DNA of 64,000 nucleotides from Eledone cirrhosa. Its lineage: Eukaryota. The notes beneath the pieces are model-generated. The model worked only from the letters and a program-made list of their open reading frames with translations. It searched no databases and had not been told where the DNA came from. The DNA is taken from positions 226,114,001 to 226,178,000 of the forward strand of contig OZ024741.1 of assembly GCA_964016885.1 (NCBI GenBank), given 5' to 3'. The position numbers and the translations under genes are program-made. Shown here piece by piece: positions 1 to 12,177 of the stretch (its first letter is position 1; the number at the start of each line of letters is the position of its first letter).

Positions 1-2723
1 CCTTATGTTCTATTTTAGAATGTTGGTGGGGTACAGATGATTCTTTACTATCTTGAAGCTCTCGCCAGTGTTCATTTATCCGTTCTTTTATACTACGAGC
101 TGTCTAACCTATGTACACTATATTCTTATCTCTACATTGTCCTTCAGTACATCTTATGCTATATACTACATTTCTAGTTTTACAGTTAATATGGGGGCGT
201 AGTTTACAGATTATACATTTCTTATCTATACAGGTAAGTCTTTGAAAAGGGTATGTATTACTAATAAGTGTTTTTATGGTGGTACCTGGTCTTTCTCCTA
301 TCTTAATATTGAGTTTATGTTTATCTAGCGCCCTTCTAAATGTGTAAGCTAATTCACCTCCAGGGGTTGTATTGATGAACATTACACTCTGGTATTTATT
401 GCTATCATACCATCAGTTTATTCTATTTACCTTATTCCTAGTTCTTTCTATTCTATTCCAAAATTTGCTCCTATTCAAGCGGCAGGTCCCATTTGTATCA
501 TTATTTACCATTTTTTCCCATTTGGTTCTGGCACCTCTATATACTCTAATTTTATCTCTCTGATTGTAACCAGAGAACTGCATACGGTGGATGAAGTGTT
601 TTATGTGTCTCTCAAGTTCTTTGGGGTTGCACATGCGGGACACGTTTCTCATCACCCGTACCAAATCCGCAATCAGTATGTTGATTTTGGTATGGTCCGA
701 AACAGCTGAGTTTCGGTGGATCAGATATTTGGAAGTCATGGGTTTGGCATAATGGGAATGGAGGATTTGTTTTTTGTTATTAATTGTTTCTACTTTAGGC
801 ACAAGGCCAGCAATTATCTCAGTGCATTACTGGTACTTTATTTTATCGACCCTGTAAGGATGAAAGGCAAAGTCAACCTCGGCGGGATTTGAACTCAGAT
901 CGTAAAGGGACGTAACTTAATAGTATCTAACCAGATCTCTGTGTCTAGTACAGGTAATCGATGGTTGGGGTGTTTGCTTGGGTAGTCTATAGTAACTCTA
1001 ATACTCTGGTGGATGGAGTTAGCTATTTGCTGGATGCTTTCCATGGTGTGTTTCTCTAATTCCTGACTGTTCTCTAGTAGAGGTGTTTTTTCTACGATGT
1101 TTATATCATCAACGTAGCGGGAGTACATTATCAGGGTTAAGAGGTTGCTGTCTTCTAATTGTTCTTTAAGTTTAAATTTAAGTCTATTGTCCCACCATAC
1201 CATGAATAGGTTAGCTATGTCACCTGCAATGCTAACACCAATGGCTGTTCCCTCCTCTTGGGCATATGTTTTTCGTTTAAATTTGAACATATGTTCCTTA
1301 AGGGTTAATTTTATACTGGCCCCCACCGCATATCCAATAATTTTCTTTAGTTCATCGTGGTTTTCGGGGGTCCGTATGGCTCTGGACCACCCGTTCCATC
1401 TATCTGTGTGAGTTTTCTTGGCCATTGAGGTAATGGTAGGTGGTCTGCCTCTTGCTGGTCTTGTAGGGCACAGGTTGCTAAGGTCATATGTATCTAGATA
1501 ATCATTACTATTGGTAAGTTTAAGTAGGAGTCCCAGCTCACTGGTTTCAATCCCACGGAATTCAACATTGCTCTCACTGATCATTTCTACGCATTTCTCC
1601 ACGGCAAAATCCACGTCAATAGATGGATATAGGGACACAACATCCATACTACCTATTATGCAGTTTGTTAGGTCCCTAGATCGGTTACATTCGCTGATTC
1701 TGCTGAGGAGGCCCTCCGTGCTGTCACGTATATCTGGGGACATTTCAATGATGGGGAGAGGAAGTAGGAAAGTCTGTAGTTACTAGCAATGTTAGCTCTA
1801 CAGACTGGCCGTGTTGGTGGTCCTGTGACAGGGTCACTGCACGTTTCATGGTCTTTTCGAAGCCCATACAACGCTGGCCCGTTATTGTTCCAGGCCTGGA
1901 AGTTGTTAGCAGTCCTTTTGTTGGGCTGCATTATGTTTGTCCACATCATCATATGGGAATTGAGGGTTTTTTCCCTATCCTCATGCTCTTGTGGTGTTAC
2001 TTCTCTTGTGTTAGTGATGTGGGGTTGCATTGCCTGGATGTAGTTTGACAGACTGTCAACCGACATTCTGCCAGACTTGTCTGTTGGAAAGCATGCAATC
2101 TCTCCATTACGCGAGCGCTGCATGAGCTTACGCAAGCCATTTGCAGATTGTTCTCCTAGTTGCTGGGCCTCCATTCTATTTTGCTTCTTGCTATACTGTT
2201 CTATAATATTTCTATGTTTAGATCTAGATATACTAAATTGTGTTTCTGCTTGTTCATCGTCCTGCGACGGCAATAGCATGCGTTTGTTAAAAGCTAAAGT
2301 CGTGGCGTGGACTCGTCGCAAGTCGAACGACTTATCGGAGGGATTATAAGAAGTAGAGTTCCAGGCTGCTGCTTTATGTGTACTATTGCTATTGTTGTTG
2401 TTATTGTTAGTTGTGTTGTTTCTATTTCTATTTCCACCAACAGCCTCATGGTTGTTTCTATGTCTCTCAGTATTACTCCTATCACTTTCCTCTGGCTCAT
2501 TGTTATTATCTACTCTATTTTGTGTGTCTGTGTGTTCGTCTTGGTTATTTTCTCTGTCAGTATCGATAGTCCCCCTTCTCCGTTCAATCCTATTACCTTC
2601 CCTTATTTCTGTGTTACTGTCATTACCTGTTTACTGTGCCTGTGTGTTTGTTAAGGTTGTGGTGGTGAGAGGCATAGAATGTGTGTGTGTTGTTGTTGTT
2701 GTTGATGTGTGTTGTGGTTGTTG
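1..2723 (-). mobile_element. Penelope-like retroelement family A, decayed RT + thumb + GIY-YIG ORF (runs off window start)
   Basis: ORF pieces give DKSGR and LYGLRKDH..PTRPVC (1668-2321); MDVVSLYPSID, QEEGTAIG, RYVDD and LPVLD (895-1743); thumb HYAKP..SGY (413-802); CxxC linker and NVVY.I.C...VYIG (104-382). There are frameshifts, a TAG at 104 where the copy near 59130 has GAG, and a SINE at 781-917. C-terminal-EN PLE; Nematis/Neptune-type clade is only a guess. Confidence 0.9.
781..917 (-). mobile_element. 5'-truncated tRNA-derived SINE (family S1) inserted in the PLE ORF
   Basis: Reverse complement of S1 (B box GAGTTCAAATCC, GCCTTTCATCCTTAC.GGGTCGATAAAATAAAGTACCAG); TTAAT on both sides. 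Confidence 0.9.
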
Positions 2724-3192
2724 TGAATGGAATAGCAACATCACAACTTACAATTAAGGACAAAATGAAAACACACACATAGAACAAGCAACCAACCAGT
2801 AACATGTAAATAAACAAATATAAACACACACAGACACCCGGATGTAACACATGCGCAAACTAAGCACACAACACATACAAAAACAAGATGGCGTAGGACA
2901 GAACAAAGAAGAGGCACAAAAACAAAGAAAAGAATCCCCAGTCACTGAAGAGGTCACAGAATATGTGACGAAAGAAGTTTGACAATATATGAACAATCGT
3001 CCGGTTCTGTAACCAACCAACCAATCGGAAATTCATAAATTCCTACATTTATAAATTTAATTTATAATAAATTGAAGTGAAACAACTGGTGCGTGTGTTT
3101 CTTACTGGCAACATGACCCTCCCAAAACATAACAATATCGGTTTCAACACACGTTTTCAGATAAAGAATCCTGCTAAACAAATTCAGAAACG

Positions 3193-3193
<1 letters not shown>
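2724..3193 (+). mobile_element. Inverted 3' end (pseudo-LTR) of PLE family A joined to the 5' side of the minus-strand body
   Basis: Begins with the ORF end EWNSNITTYN*, matches 60405-60816, and ends in (TA)n. Confidence 0.9.
2941..2983 (+). ncRNA. Minimal type-I hammerhead-like motif, family A (also 21123-21165 +, 28651-28693 -, 28827-28869 +, 58631-58673 -, 60640-60682 +)
   Basis: GTCA-CTGAAGA-G-GTCACA/TGTGAC-GAAA-G.AA.(C/G)-TT-TGAC on the sense strand of the PLE 3' UTR. Confidence 0.7.
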
Positions 3194-3468
<275 letters not shown>

Positions 3469-4185
3469 GGAGAATGTTTTGAAAATCATTCATAACAATG
3501 CCCAATTATTCCTAAAAACACCGGGACCAAATTGAACGAGGGAAAATTTCTTTTTTGAATCTCAAAACCAAAAACCAAATATCATTTATTAAAATTAACT
3601 ATATCAGCTGCTTGGAATACAACATGTTCAATTATCGAAATATGTGACATACCATCTGATTATAAGTAATTTATTCCTTGATGATTTCTTTTTCATAGTT
3701 TTCAATATAATTAGAAACGTCAACTGCTTTTCTTAGAATAAAACTCAAGGTAATTATCTAGGACGGTATGAACTGCAACAGTTATGTTATTGGTGATATG
3801 CCTGGTCTAGTGTGCAAAATCTAATTGTTTAAAATTAACTTAACAGTGAGAAAAAGAAAAACATATGCACATTGACTAATTCTAATCAATGTTAGATACG
3901 ACAAAAACGGTAACGACTCCCAAATGTGTCCCTAGACGATTTTTGCGTGTAGGGATATATACTTTATTATTATTATCTCCTCTTGGTCGAGATAAAATTT
4001 GGTCGTTCTGGCTGCTGCTATTTATAGTGGTAGTAGACTGACCTCCCTGCCTCTGCTACTATCGTTACACACGGCACTGGACGGAATTGCTTCCACATCA
4101 TTCATTCTCATCTCGGGAACAATTTTGAATAGCGCCAGTTCGTAATTTGAACTCGGGAATTTTATATTCTCCGAGTGAAAAGAAC

Positions 4186-4263
4186 CTTCTGACGAGAGTT
4201 TATCTTTTCAATGGAAGGCGACAAGGACTGCCCATTTATTTTTGAGACTCGAAACCGATTCAG
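4186..4263 (+). ncRNA. Degenerate hammerhead-like motif with long stem II
   Basis: CTGACGA(4189) GAGTTT...AGACTC GAAAC(4251) CG ATT; (TA)n starts about 35 nt downstream. Confidence 0.55.
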
Positions 4264-4288
4264 TGAATTTTAAAAAATTTATTTTGAA

Positions 4289-4342
<54 letters not shown>

Positions 4343-4346
<4 letters not shown>

Positions 4347-4542
4347 GAACGATCGACTTTCGTCAAATAGGACCGAGGGAACAATGTTTCCGTTGGTCTT
4401 TCCAATTGCTAATACTATCTATCGGTCGCAACTCCAGGTAGAAGGAGCAACGTGAAATAATGTGTCTTGCTCAAGGACATAACGCATCACCTGGGCCAGG
4501 AATCGAACTCACAACCTTACGATTCTCTAACCACTCAGCCAC
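4343..4542 (-). mobile_element. tRNA-derived SINE family S2 (CORE/V-like domain)
   Basis: A box GTGGCTGAGTGG, B box GAGTTCGATTCC, TGTCCTTGAGCAAGACAC domain; near-identical to 20724-20935. Confidence 0.88.
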
Positions 4543-4576
4543 ACTCCTTCACATATATATATATATATGTATCTAT

Positions 4577-4907
4577 CTAAGGCGGGTAAAATTCCCGAGA
4601 TCCATGGACGAGTTCTCTCCAGCGGTCTCTGTCCCTCATTATCGCTGCCATGTCCTGCGTCTCCAACAGACCAGTGTCTGTCCTTAGGGCATCAACATAC
4701 GTTAACCTTGGTCTTCCTCTTCTAGTGTGTCCATGTAGGGGCTCCCAAAGGAGTACTGAGTGCAATGTCAACTCTGGATGTCGGTGAGCATGTCCAGCTA
4801 ACCTCAATCTCCTCTGTGTCACTTTTGAGCTGACTTTTGGGATGCTCCCATACAGCTCTGAGATGGTGGCTGGATGCTACGCGAGAATGCTGAGGATGGC
4901 TCTGAAC

Positions 4908-4910
<3 letters not shown>
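4577..4910 (-). mobile_element. RTE-like LINE 3' fragment with a short 5' inversion
   Basis: Minus strand: ELYGSIPKVSSKVTQRRLRLAGH..LLWEP.HG..RRGRP..TYVD. The upstream motif GCYARMLRMALNI is on the plus strand at 4871-4910. Confidence 0.8.
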
Positions 4911-4958
<48 letters not shown>

Positions 4959-6612
4959 TGCATACAAATACGTATATATATATGTTGGATTTTAGACTCC
5001 ACATTTATTATTATTACTATATATATATATATGTGTGTGTATGTATGAATCTATGTATGTATGTATGTATGTATGTATGCATACAGGTACTCATATCCAT
5101 TTATTCAGGTTTGTATGTAATTACGTACATATTATAACTTCCATTAAAATGTCTATTTACTCTAACTATATATTGGCATTCGCAATCAATATGGTTCTAG
5201 AAATGAAACATCCTGTTTTCATTTGGCAGTTTTAAGCAGTCCTTTTGTGCAGAGAGTCAGCCATAGGCATTTTTTCTTTTTGTTTCTTTTTACCGAACTA
5301 TGCCACTATGGCATCTATATTCAACTCCGTCTTCTGTTCACTAACAGACGGATATTTTGTTGCGATATTACTTCGAGACAAAATAATTGGATTCTTTTTG
5401 ATCATACAAAATTTCTTGGAACTTCTGAGATTACATTCTTATTTTGTGCAATCATTTTCCCCTTCAATCTTTCTTATTATTATTTATTTTTCATGACATC
5501 AATTATTTTTTCTTTAATGTTCTTGTTAGATTTCATATATTTTTCTATTTCCTCAATTTTCTATATTTTCTTTTTTTATCATCATTTCCTAGGAAAACTT
5601 ATTTTTCCTTCGTATATGAAATATATAATGTCAACGAAAATATCGCCATGATGTACTAAACAGGAATTCAAGAAATACATGTCTAAAAATTGAATTTCTG
5701 ACGATATCGCATTCTGAAATTTTCACAATAATAGATATAGCAATTCATTTCATGTATATTCCTGTTTTCTAGATTCTAAATAGTTTCACCTGTTGCCTCT
5801 TACAAGTATGATTCCTCATACTATTTGTAGAGACATATTACCGCATATGTATTTTGGGCTTTTTCTCATAAAAATATTTTTCATCATTAATAATACATTT
5901 GCGTCTTATTCTGAATCTTTACCATTTCGTCAGTTATATTGATACATGTTGATTCCTAAAGTTATATGTTATACATTTACGATTCTACAATAAAGAATAA
6001 TTATATGGACATATTTGCATGAATATAGGTAATTAAGCGTGTATGTCGCTAGTATGTTGTTTGTCATTGTGGTCTTAATAGTGCTCGCGGTAGTGGTAAC
6101 ATTTTCATCATTACTCTCAATGGCGACAGTGGTGGCAATGTTAAACACTGCCACACTAGTTTCTATGTTGTGCTGTTGGTGATTTCGCGTTTGTTTTTAT
6201 GATTGTAGGTTATTTTTGTTGTGTTTAGTGGTATTTTTGTTGATATTCTGGCTGTTTGCGAAATTCAGAGTAGAGTTTTTGTTGCTGCTGCTAATTACAT
6301 TTTATTTATTTAGCTGTGGGTATTCAGAATTATAATTATCAGAGAGGAATGCGTTTTAGCTGTTATTTCCACTAAAAGAAAACGTTTTGCTGCTCCGCAC
6401 TGCGTTTGCTGTGTGACCTCCGTCCGCCTCAATTGCAGCTTGTTTGTATTTTAAGTAGAGATTTTGACATTAAATTAATTCAATAAAATGCTATCAACCT
6501 GTGCGTTGTAAACAAGTGGAAGCAAAACGTAAATTAACAAAAGCGAACAGGTGTAAAGCCGCCACCAGCAACAACGGCCACCACCACCACAACAACAACA
6601 ACATACAACAAC

Positions 6613-6832
6613 AACTGATTTAGAACCAAGGTCAACAATTTTTGGGGACAGGGAAAGTCGATTAAACCGACCCCAGTGCATTACTGGTGCTTTATTTTAT
6701 CGACCCCGTAAGGATGAAAGCCAAAACTAACCATGGCAGAATTTGAACTCAGACCGTAAGACTACGCTGCGACCATGGTTCTGCCGATACTGCTGGAGCA
6801 GCGGACACCATACTTTGCAGCACAGAGTTACG
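6613..6832 (-). mobile_element. SINE S1, diverged copy
   Basis: Reverse complement of the S1 domain (ttttatcgaccccgtaaggatgaaag) and B box. Confidence 0.8.
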
Positions 6833-7232
6833 GTCCAATAATAATGATAATAATGTGTATATCTTGTAGCCATATCCATTACTATACACTATTCAATTTC
6901 CATTCTTCCACTTTATCAACAACCTTTATAATGCTATTTATTACGCAGTTTATATGTGTGTTAGAATTTCGTACTAACATAAATCCATATTGGATGTTCT
7001 TTTGAGATATTGTCATTGAGTGAGGGAAATTACCATGAAGATAGCATACTAAAATAATAATTAAAAAAATAAGGAAATAAGGAAACTGTGATGATACAAC
7101 AAAACAGTCGGATGACAAGCCTTCAACGATGCTTATCCACAATTTGTAAAATACCCCTGAGAGATTGGTGAAACGAAATAAAACATTTTCCTATAAAACC
7201 ATATTGATGTATGTAATCTATTTGCTGCTACA

Positions 7233-7316
<84 letters not shown>

Positions 7317-7337
7317 CAGCAGCAGCAGCAGTAGTAA

Positions 7338-7385
<48 letters not shown>

Positions 7386-7433
7386 GAGTAGAAGTAGTAG
7401 TAGTAGCAGCAGCAGCAGCAGCAGTATTAGTAA

Positions 7434-7486
<53 letters not shown>

Positions 7487-7488
7487 AC

Positions 7489-7523
<35 letters not shown>

Positions 7524-7530
7524 CAGCAGC
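7233..7530. repeat. (AGT)n/(AGC)n microsatellite
   Basis: Directly visible. Confidence 0.98.
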
Positions 7531-8088
7531 AATAACAGTCGGAATAAATGTTGAGTGTTTAACAGACGAAAGAACATACATCTCTTGTATAAGTGAATTT
7601 GAATTTGGACAAGTTTGAACATTATAAATGTCTCACTTGTTTCCTCTATTGGTATCCACGTAAACCAAAGGGGAGAGAGAGGGGGATGGAGAGAAATAGA
7701 GAGGGTGAGAAAGAGAGGGAGAGAAAGAGAGTGTTAAAGAGAGAGAGAAAAGTCAACAAGAAAATACACGACAGAAAAATCCATGTAGACTCCATTTCAG
7801 GGCGAAAATCTAATGTTAGGATCTAACAAAAAAGTGTGTTCCTGTAAGCGTTGATGTATATATATATATATATATATTTATATCTGTATATTTGACCGTT
7901 GGTCAATCAATGATAAACATTGAGGACCAAATGAATTAACTGTGGAGATATAAAAGATACAGGAGCGAAAACCAACCAAACAGTGTGTTCTGTTATTATT
8001 TCTGGCAATATTATTACAACAATATGATCCTCACCAAGTATAACAATATATATATATATATATATATGTGTGTATGTGTGCGCGCGCG

Positions 8089-8156
<68 letters not shown>

Positions 8157-8411
8157 GTGAGAGAGAAATCTCAACAACGAAAAATATTCCGGCATAACAA
8201 AACAGTTCAATGAAGATATATATTAGTTTAAGCTCAAGATGATGTCTATCGACGTATTGACTGTTTACTAACAGATATCCAGATATCGACTAGCCCATGT
8301 TTAGTTATGCTCACCCAACATACACATGCACTCAAAAATCCACACAAACATACACAAATATAAATTGACACACATACATACACACACACACATACATTCA
8401 CACACACACAT

Positions 8412-8442
<31 letters not shown>

Positions 8443-8476
8443 AAAGAATAGAGGTGTAATACACGAGTTATGATAC

Positions 8477-8868
8477 ATTGGTAAACGGAAAAGAAAATGC
8501 TGACAAATTGTTCCCAGTGAAAAATAGTTTAATTAGGAATAATTAAAATTAGTAATAGCATTGATTAGTATTCAGTTTTGGTTTCAAGGTTTACCGGTTG
8601 CGCATTTCTAATGCTTTTCAAAAATAATTTTGAGATAGAGCGCCCGTGATGTTTGCTCTAATCTGGATTAGAGCAAATCCGGATTAGAGCAAACATCACG
8701 GGCGCTCTATCTCAAAATTATTTTTGAAAAGCATTAGAAATGCGCAACCGGTAAACCTTAAAACCAAAACTGAATACTAATCAATGCTATTACTAATTTT
8801 AATTATTCCTAATTAAACTATTTTTCACTGGGAACAATTTGTCAGCATTTTCTTTTCCGTTTACTAAT
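8477..8868. repeat. Near-perfect ~390 bp palindrome between microsatellites
   Basis: Arms of ~185 bp with about 2 mismatches seen; GGATTAGAGCAAA is duplicated at the centre. Confidence 0.95.
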
Positions 8869-9474
8869 ATATATATATATATATATAAAAACTCTACTTC
8901 GGAGATTCGATTCTGACTTAGGGTTTTTTCTATTTAATTGTCAACCTGTAGATGTTGTTTTCCATACAGTAACGGCTAAACTCACATGTAATAATTATTT
9001 ACACACATCTCACTGTGTAACACACTTCTCTCTGTGTAATATATTTGTATTTGAGCTCAGTTGAAAATTCTCTGTTCTTCTTTGAGCTAATATTATTATT
9101 ACTATGAACTGCGGAAGACTGTAATTCCGATCCTTGTTTATATATATATAATACAAGGACGATTTGTTATGTCTTCATCACGTTTATTCATTGGTCACGC
9201 GCGTTTCGCTATTGATCAACTGAAGGTTCGATCTGTATCGTTCTCGCCAGACTCTGGAATCAAAAGCACGTTGGAGCTCTGGTGTTGTAATGACATTACT
9301 ACAGCAGAGGTCCGACGTAACATCTTTCAAAGCTAAAACAGCCAATTCACAGCAGCAACAGCAGAAACAGAAATTTCATGAGTCATTAAAAAATGAACCC
9401 CGTTAATTTCAACATAAATAAATCAGTTAGATGAAATAAAGACAAAAACAAACACATTATTACGTCCCTTTACG

Positions 9475-9782
9475 TGGCGGTGGATTGGCAGTATCGGTAG
9501 AGGGTCGGACGCCATGCTTTCCAGCATAGTTACGTCCCTTTACGATCTGAGTTCAAATCCCGCCGAGGTTGACTTTGCCTTTCATCCTTACGGGGTCGAT
9601 AAAATAAAGTACCAGTAATGCACTGGGTAATTTCTGGCCTTGTGCCTAAAGTAGAAACAATTATTACGTCCCTTTACGATCTGAGTTCAAATCCCGCCGA
9701 GGTTAACGGGGTCGATTAAATAAAGCACCAGTAATACACTGGAGTAATTGCTGGCCTTGTGCCAAAAGTAGAAACAATTATT
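9475..9782 (+). mobile_element. SINE S1 full copy plus tandem partial copy (tRNA head, Meta-domain-like body)
   Basis: A box TGGCAGTATCGG, B box GAGTTCAAATCC, GCCTTTCATCCTTACGGGGTCGATAAAATAAAGTACCAG, ATT tail. Confidence 0.92.
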
Positions 9783-10373
9783 AACTACAGTCATAAGATT
9801 GGCATCAACGACAATAAAAATATCAACGATATGAAAAACACCAACTGCAACAGTATATGTAGTTGATAAATTTTAAGTTGAAACTCTGACTAATGAAGAT
9901 GTTTACAATGCATGATACAAAGTCCTAACCACAGGGAATAAATTACCGATCAGAGTAGATATTCATCCATACATTACATCAAACATATCCACCTATCCAC
10001 CAGTCTTGCATCTGAATATCATATTAAAGCTAATGGAATAGGCACTGCTATTGCGATACGTGTTCATGTGTGTATAAAAATGTGTTGAGAGTGAGTGTGA
10101 AATAAAGTGCATGTGTGTCTAAGTTTTTATTTGCGTGTGAGTATTTGAAAGAAAGAGCATGTGTGTATAAGTTGTATGTGTGTGTGTGTGCGTGTGTGCG
10201 TGTGTGTGCAAGCACGCGACAACTAAATACGCAAGAATCTCACGAACTAAATCCTAATTCGTTTAAACGAAGCATTTATTCGGTGTAAGTATTCACATAA
10301 TTAGAAATTATTTGGAGCTATATACATACACACAGAGCAACAGTACACTATACATCATCAATAATTATCAATA

Positions 10374-10444
<71 letters not shown>

Positions 10445-11103
10445 TACATATACGTATATATATATATTATATTATATTTTGAGAATAAACTCTCAGTCGT
10501 TTACAATAATTAAGCTCCAGGAAGGGGCTCTTCCGAGCAGTTAAATACATTTAAAGTATATGATAAACACGAAATGTGTTCACATTGCAACAGACAGTCA
10601 GTCCTGCAAAATTTTTGATGTGTGATAGACTAATCTTACTGGATTCCTGTTGATATGCACAGATGATTTGGATATTTCACTCTTTTATTTCTATTCCATT
10701 TCGATTCTCTTTATTTTTCAATTCACATTCCACCATTGCGAAACTTATTTGGGTTTCGAGGTTCAAATTCGTCTACAGAACAGGTTTGAATTTTGAAATT
10801 TAAATATGTCCAGGAATCATGGCTGTTGCCAATATAAGCTTGTCTTTATTGACTTGTATCGAGACAGACAAATTGTATTCACTTTTATTAGTTTATTTCA
10901 TTAATAGCTAACTTTGTCTGTTGCAATGTGAACACATTTCGTGTTTATCATATACTTTAAATGTATATATATATATACATAGAGAAAAGGTGAAGTTGGA
11001 AATAGCTATTTCCATCTTCACCTTTTCCCTATATCCACTGTTTTGTATCGAATCCCTACTCCCCTTTTCCAATACACACACACACAGACACGCGCGCGCG
11101 CAC

Positions 11104-11205
<102 letters not shown>

Positions 11206-11373
11206 GCATGTATGTATATATATATTTGTATATATTTGAATTGATATATAGATATATATGTGTATATATAATATATATGTATATATAGTATGCAAATTAG
11301 TACGTCCATTTCAGAATAAAACTAAGAGCGAAGGAAATGGATACATAAGCCCACCAAACATATTACATTGTGG

Positions 11374-11414
11374 TTTTTGATGAGGGCCAAATTAGGTTCG
11401 AAAATCGATTAAAA
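11374..11414 (+). ncRNA. Minimal hammerhead-like motif (C3>U)
   Basis: TTGATGA GGGCC-AAATTA-GGTTC GAAA ATCGAT TA AAA; palindromic stem III AATCGATT. Confidence 0.55.
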
Positions 11415-11701
11415 GTCTTTATCATATTTTCCAATTTACAGGAGACGACATATTGTATTGCATGTTTACATTACACATATTAAATGTGTATATCTATATA
11501 CACATTGGTACAGTCTTGGTTACACACCCTCTATATATACAGATGTAAATATATATATACATACACGTATATGTATGGATATATATATTCGTTGGATTTT
11601 CAAATTGGATCTTCACCCTGAAACTGGATCTACAGCCGGAGTTTACCTGAACTTCAACCAGGAAATCTTTTCGTATCACTGATATTTCCTTTGCTTCTTG
11701 C

Positions 11702-11755
<54 letters not shown>

Positions 11756-11756
<1 letters not shown>

Positions 11757-11923
11757 GTAGGTCCCGGGTTGAGTCGGGGATAACCACAGTAAGTAAGGTA
11801 CTCAATACATGGCAGAGTAAAATTTTTTTATTTTATAGAAGGAGCTTCTACAGGACTAGTACCTGAAGATTTCATCTGAATGAAACAGTACTAGTCCTGT
11901 AGAAGCTCCTTCTATAAAATAAA

Positions 11924-11928
<5 letters not shown>
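11756..11928. mobile_element. Short (TA)n-flanked fold-back element with an HHR core in the loop
   Basis: Arms 11822-11862 and 11888-11928; spacer CTGAAGA TTTCATCTGAAT GAAAC A GTA. Confidence 0.75.
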
Positions 11929-11969
<41 letters not shown>

Positions 11970-11999
11970 TCAACCAAAAAAAAATCGAAATTGTCAATG

Positions 12000-12177
12000 A
12001 GGTGGATTGGCTGTATCGGTAGAGGGTCGGACGCCATGCTTTCCAGCAAAGAGTTACGGCCCTTTATGGTCGACGTTAACTTTGCCTTTCATCCTTACAT
12101 GGTTGATAAAATAAAGTACCCGTAATGTACTGGGTACTGGGTAATTGTTGGCCTTGTGCCAAAAGTAGAAACAGTTA
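12000..12177 (+). mobile_element. SINE S1 (internal deletion of B box)
   Basis: S1 head and tail both match. Confidence 0.88.

Noticed and set aside
5698-5730. CTGACGA...GAAA hammerhead candidate
   Set aside because: No convincing stem II or stem I. Lone CTGANGA hits at ~29352, 34696, 46014 and 51900 were rejected for the same reason.
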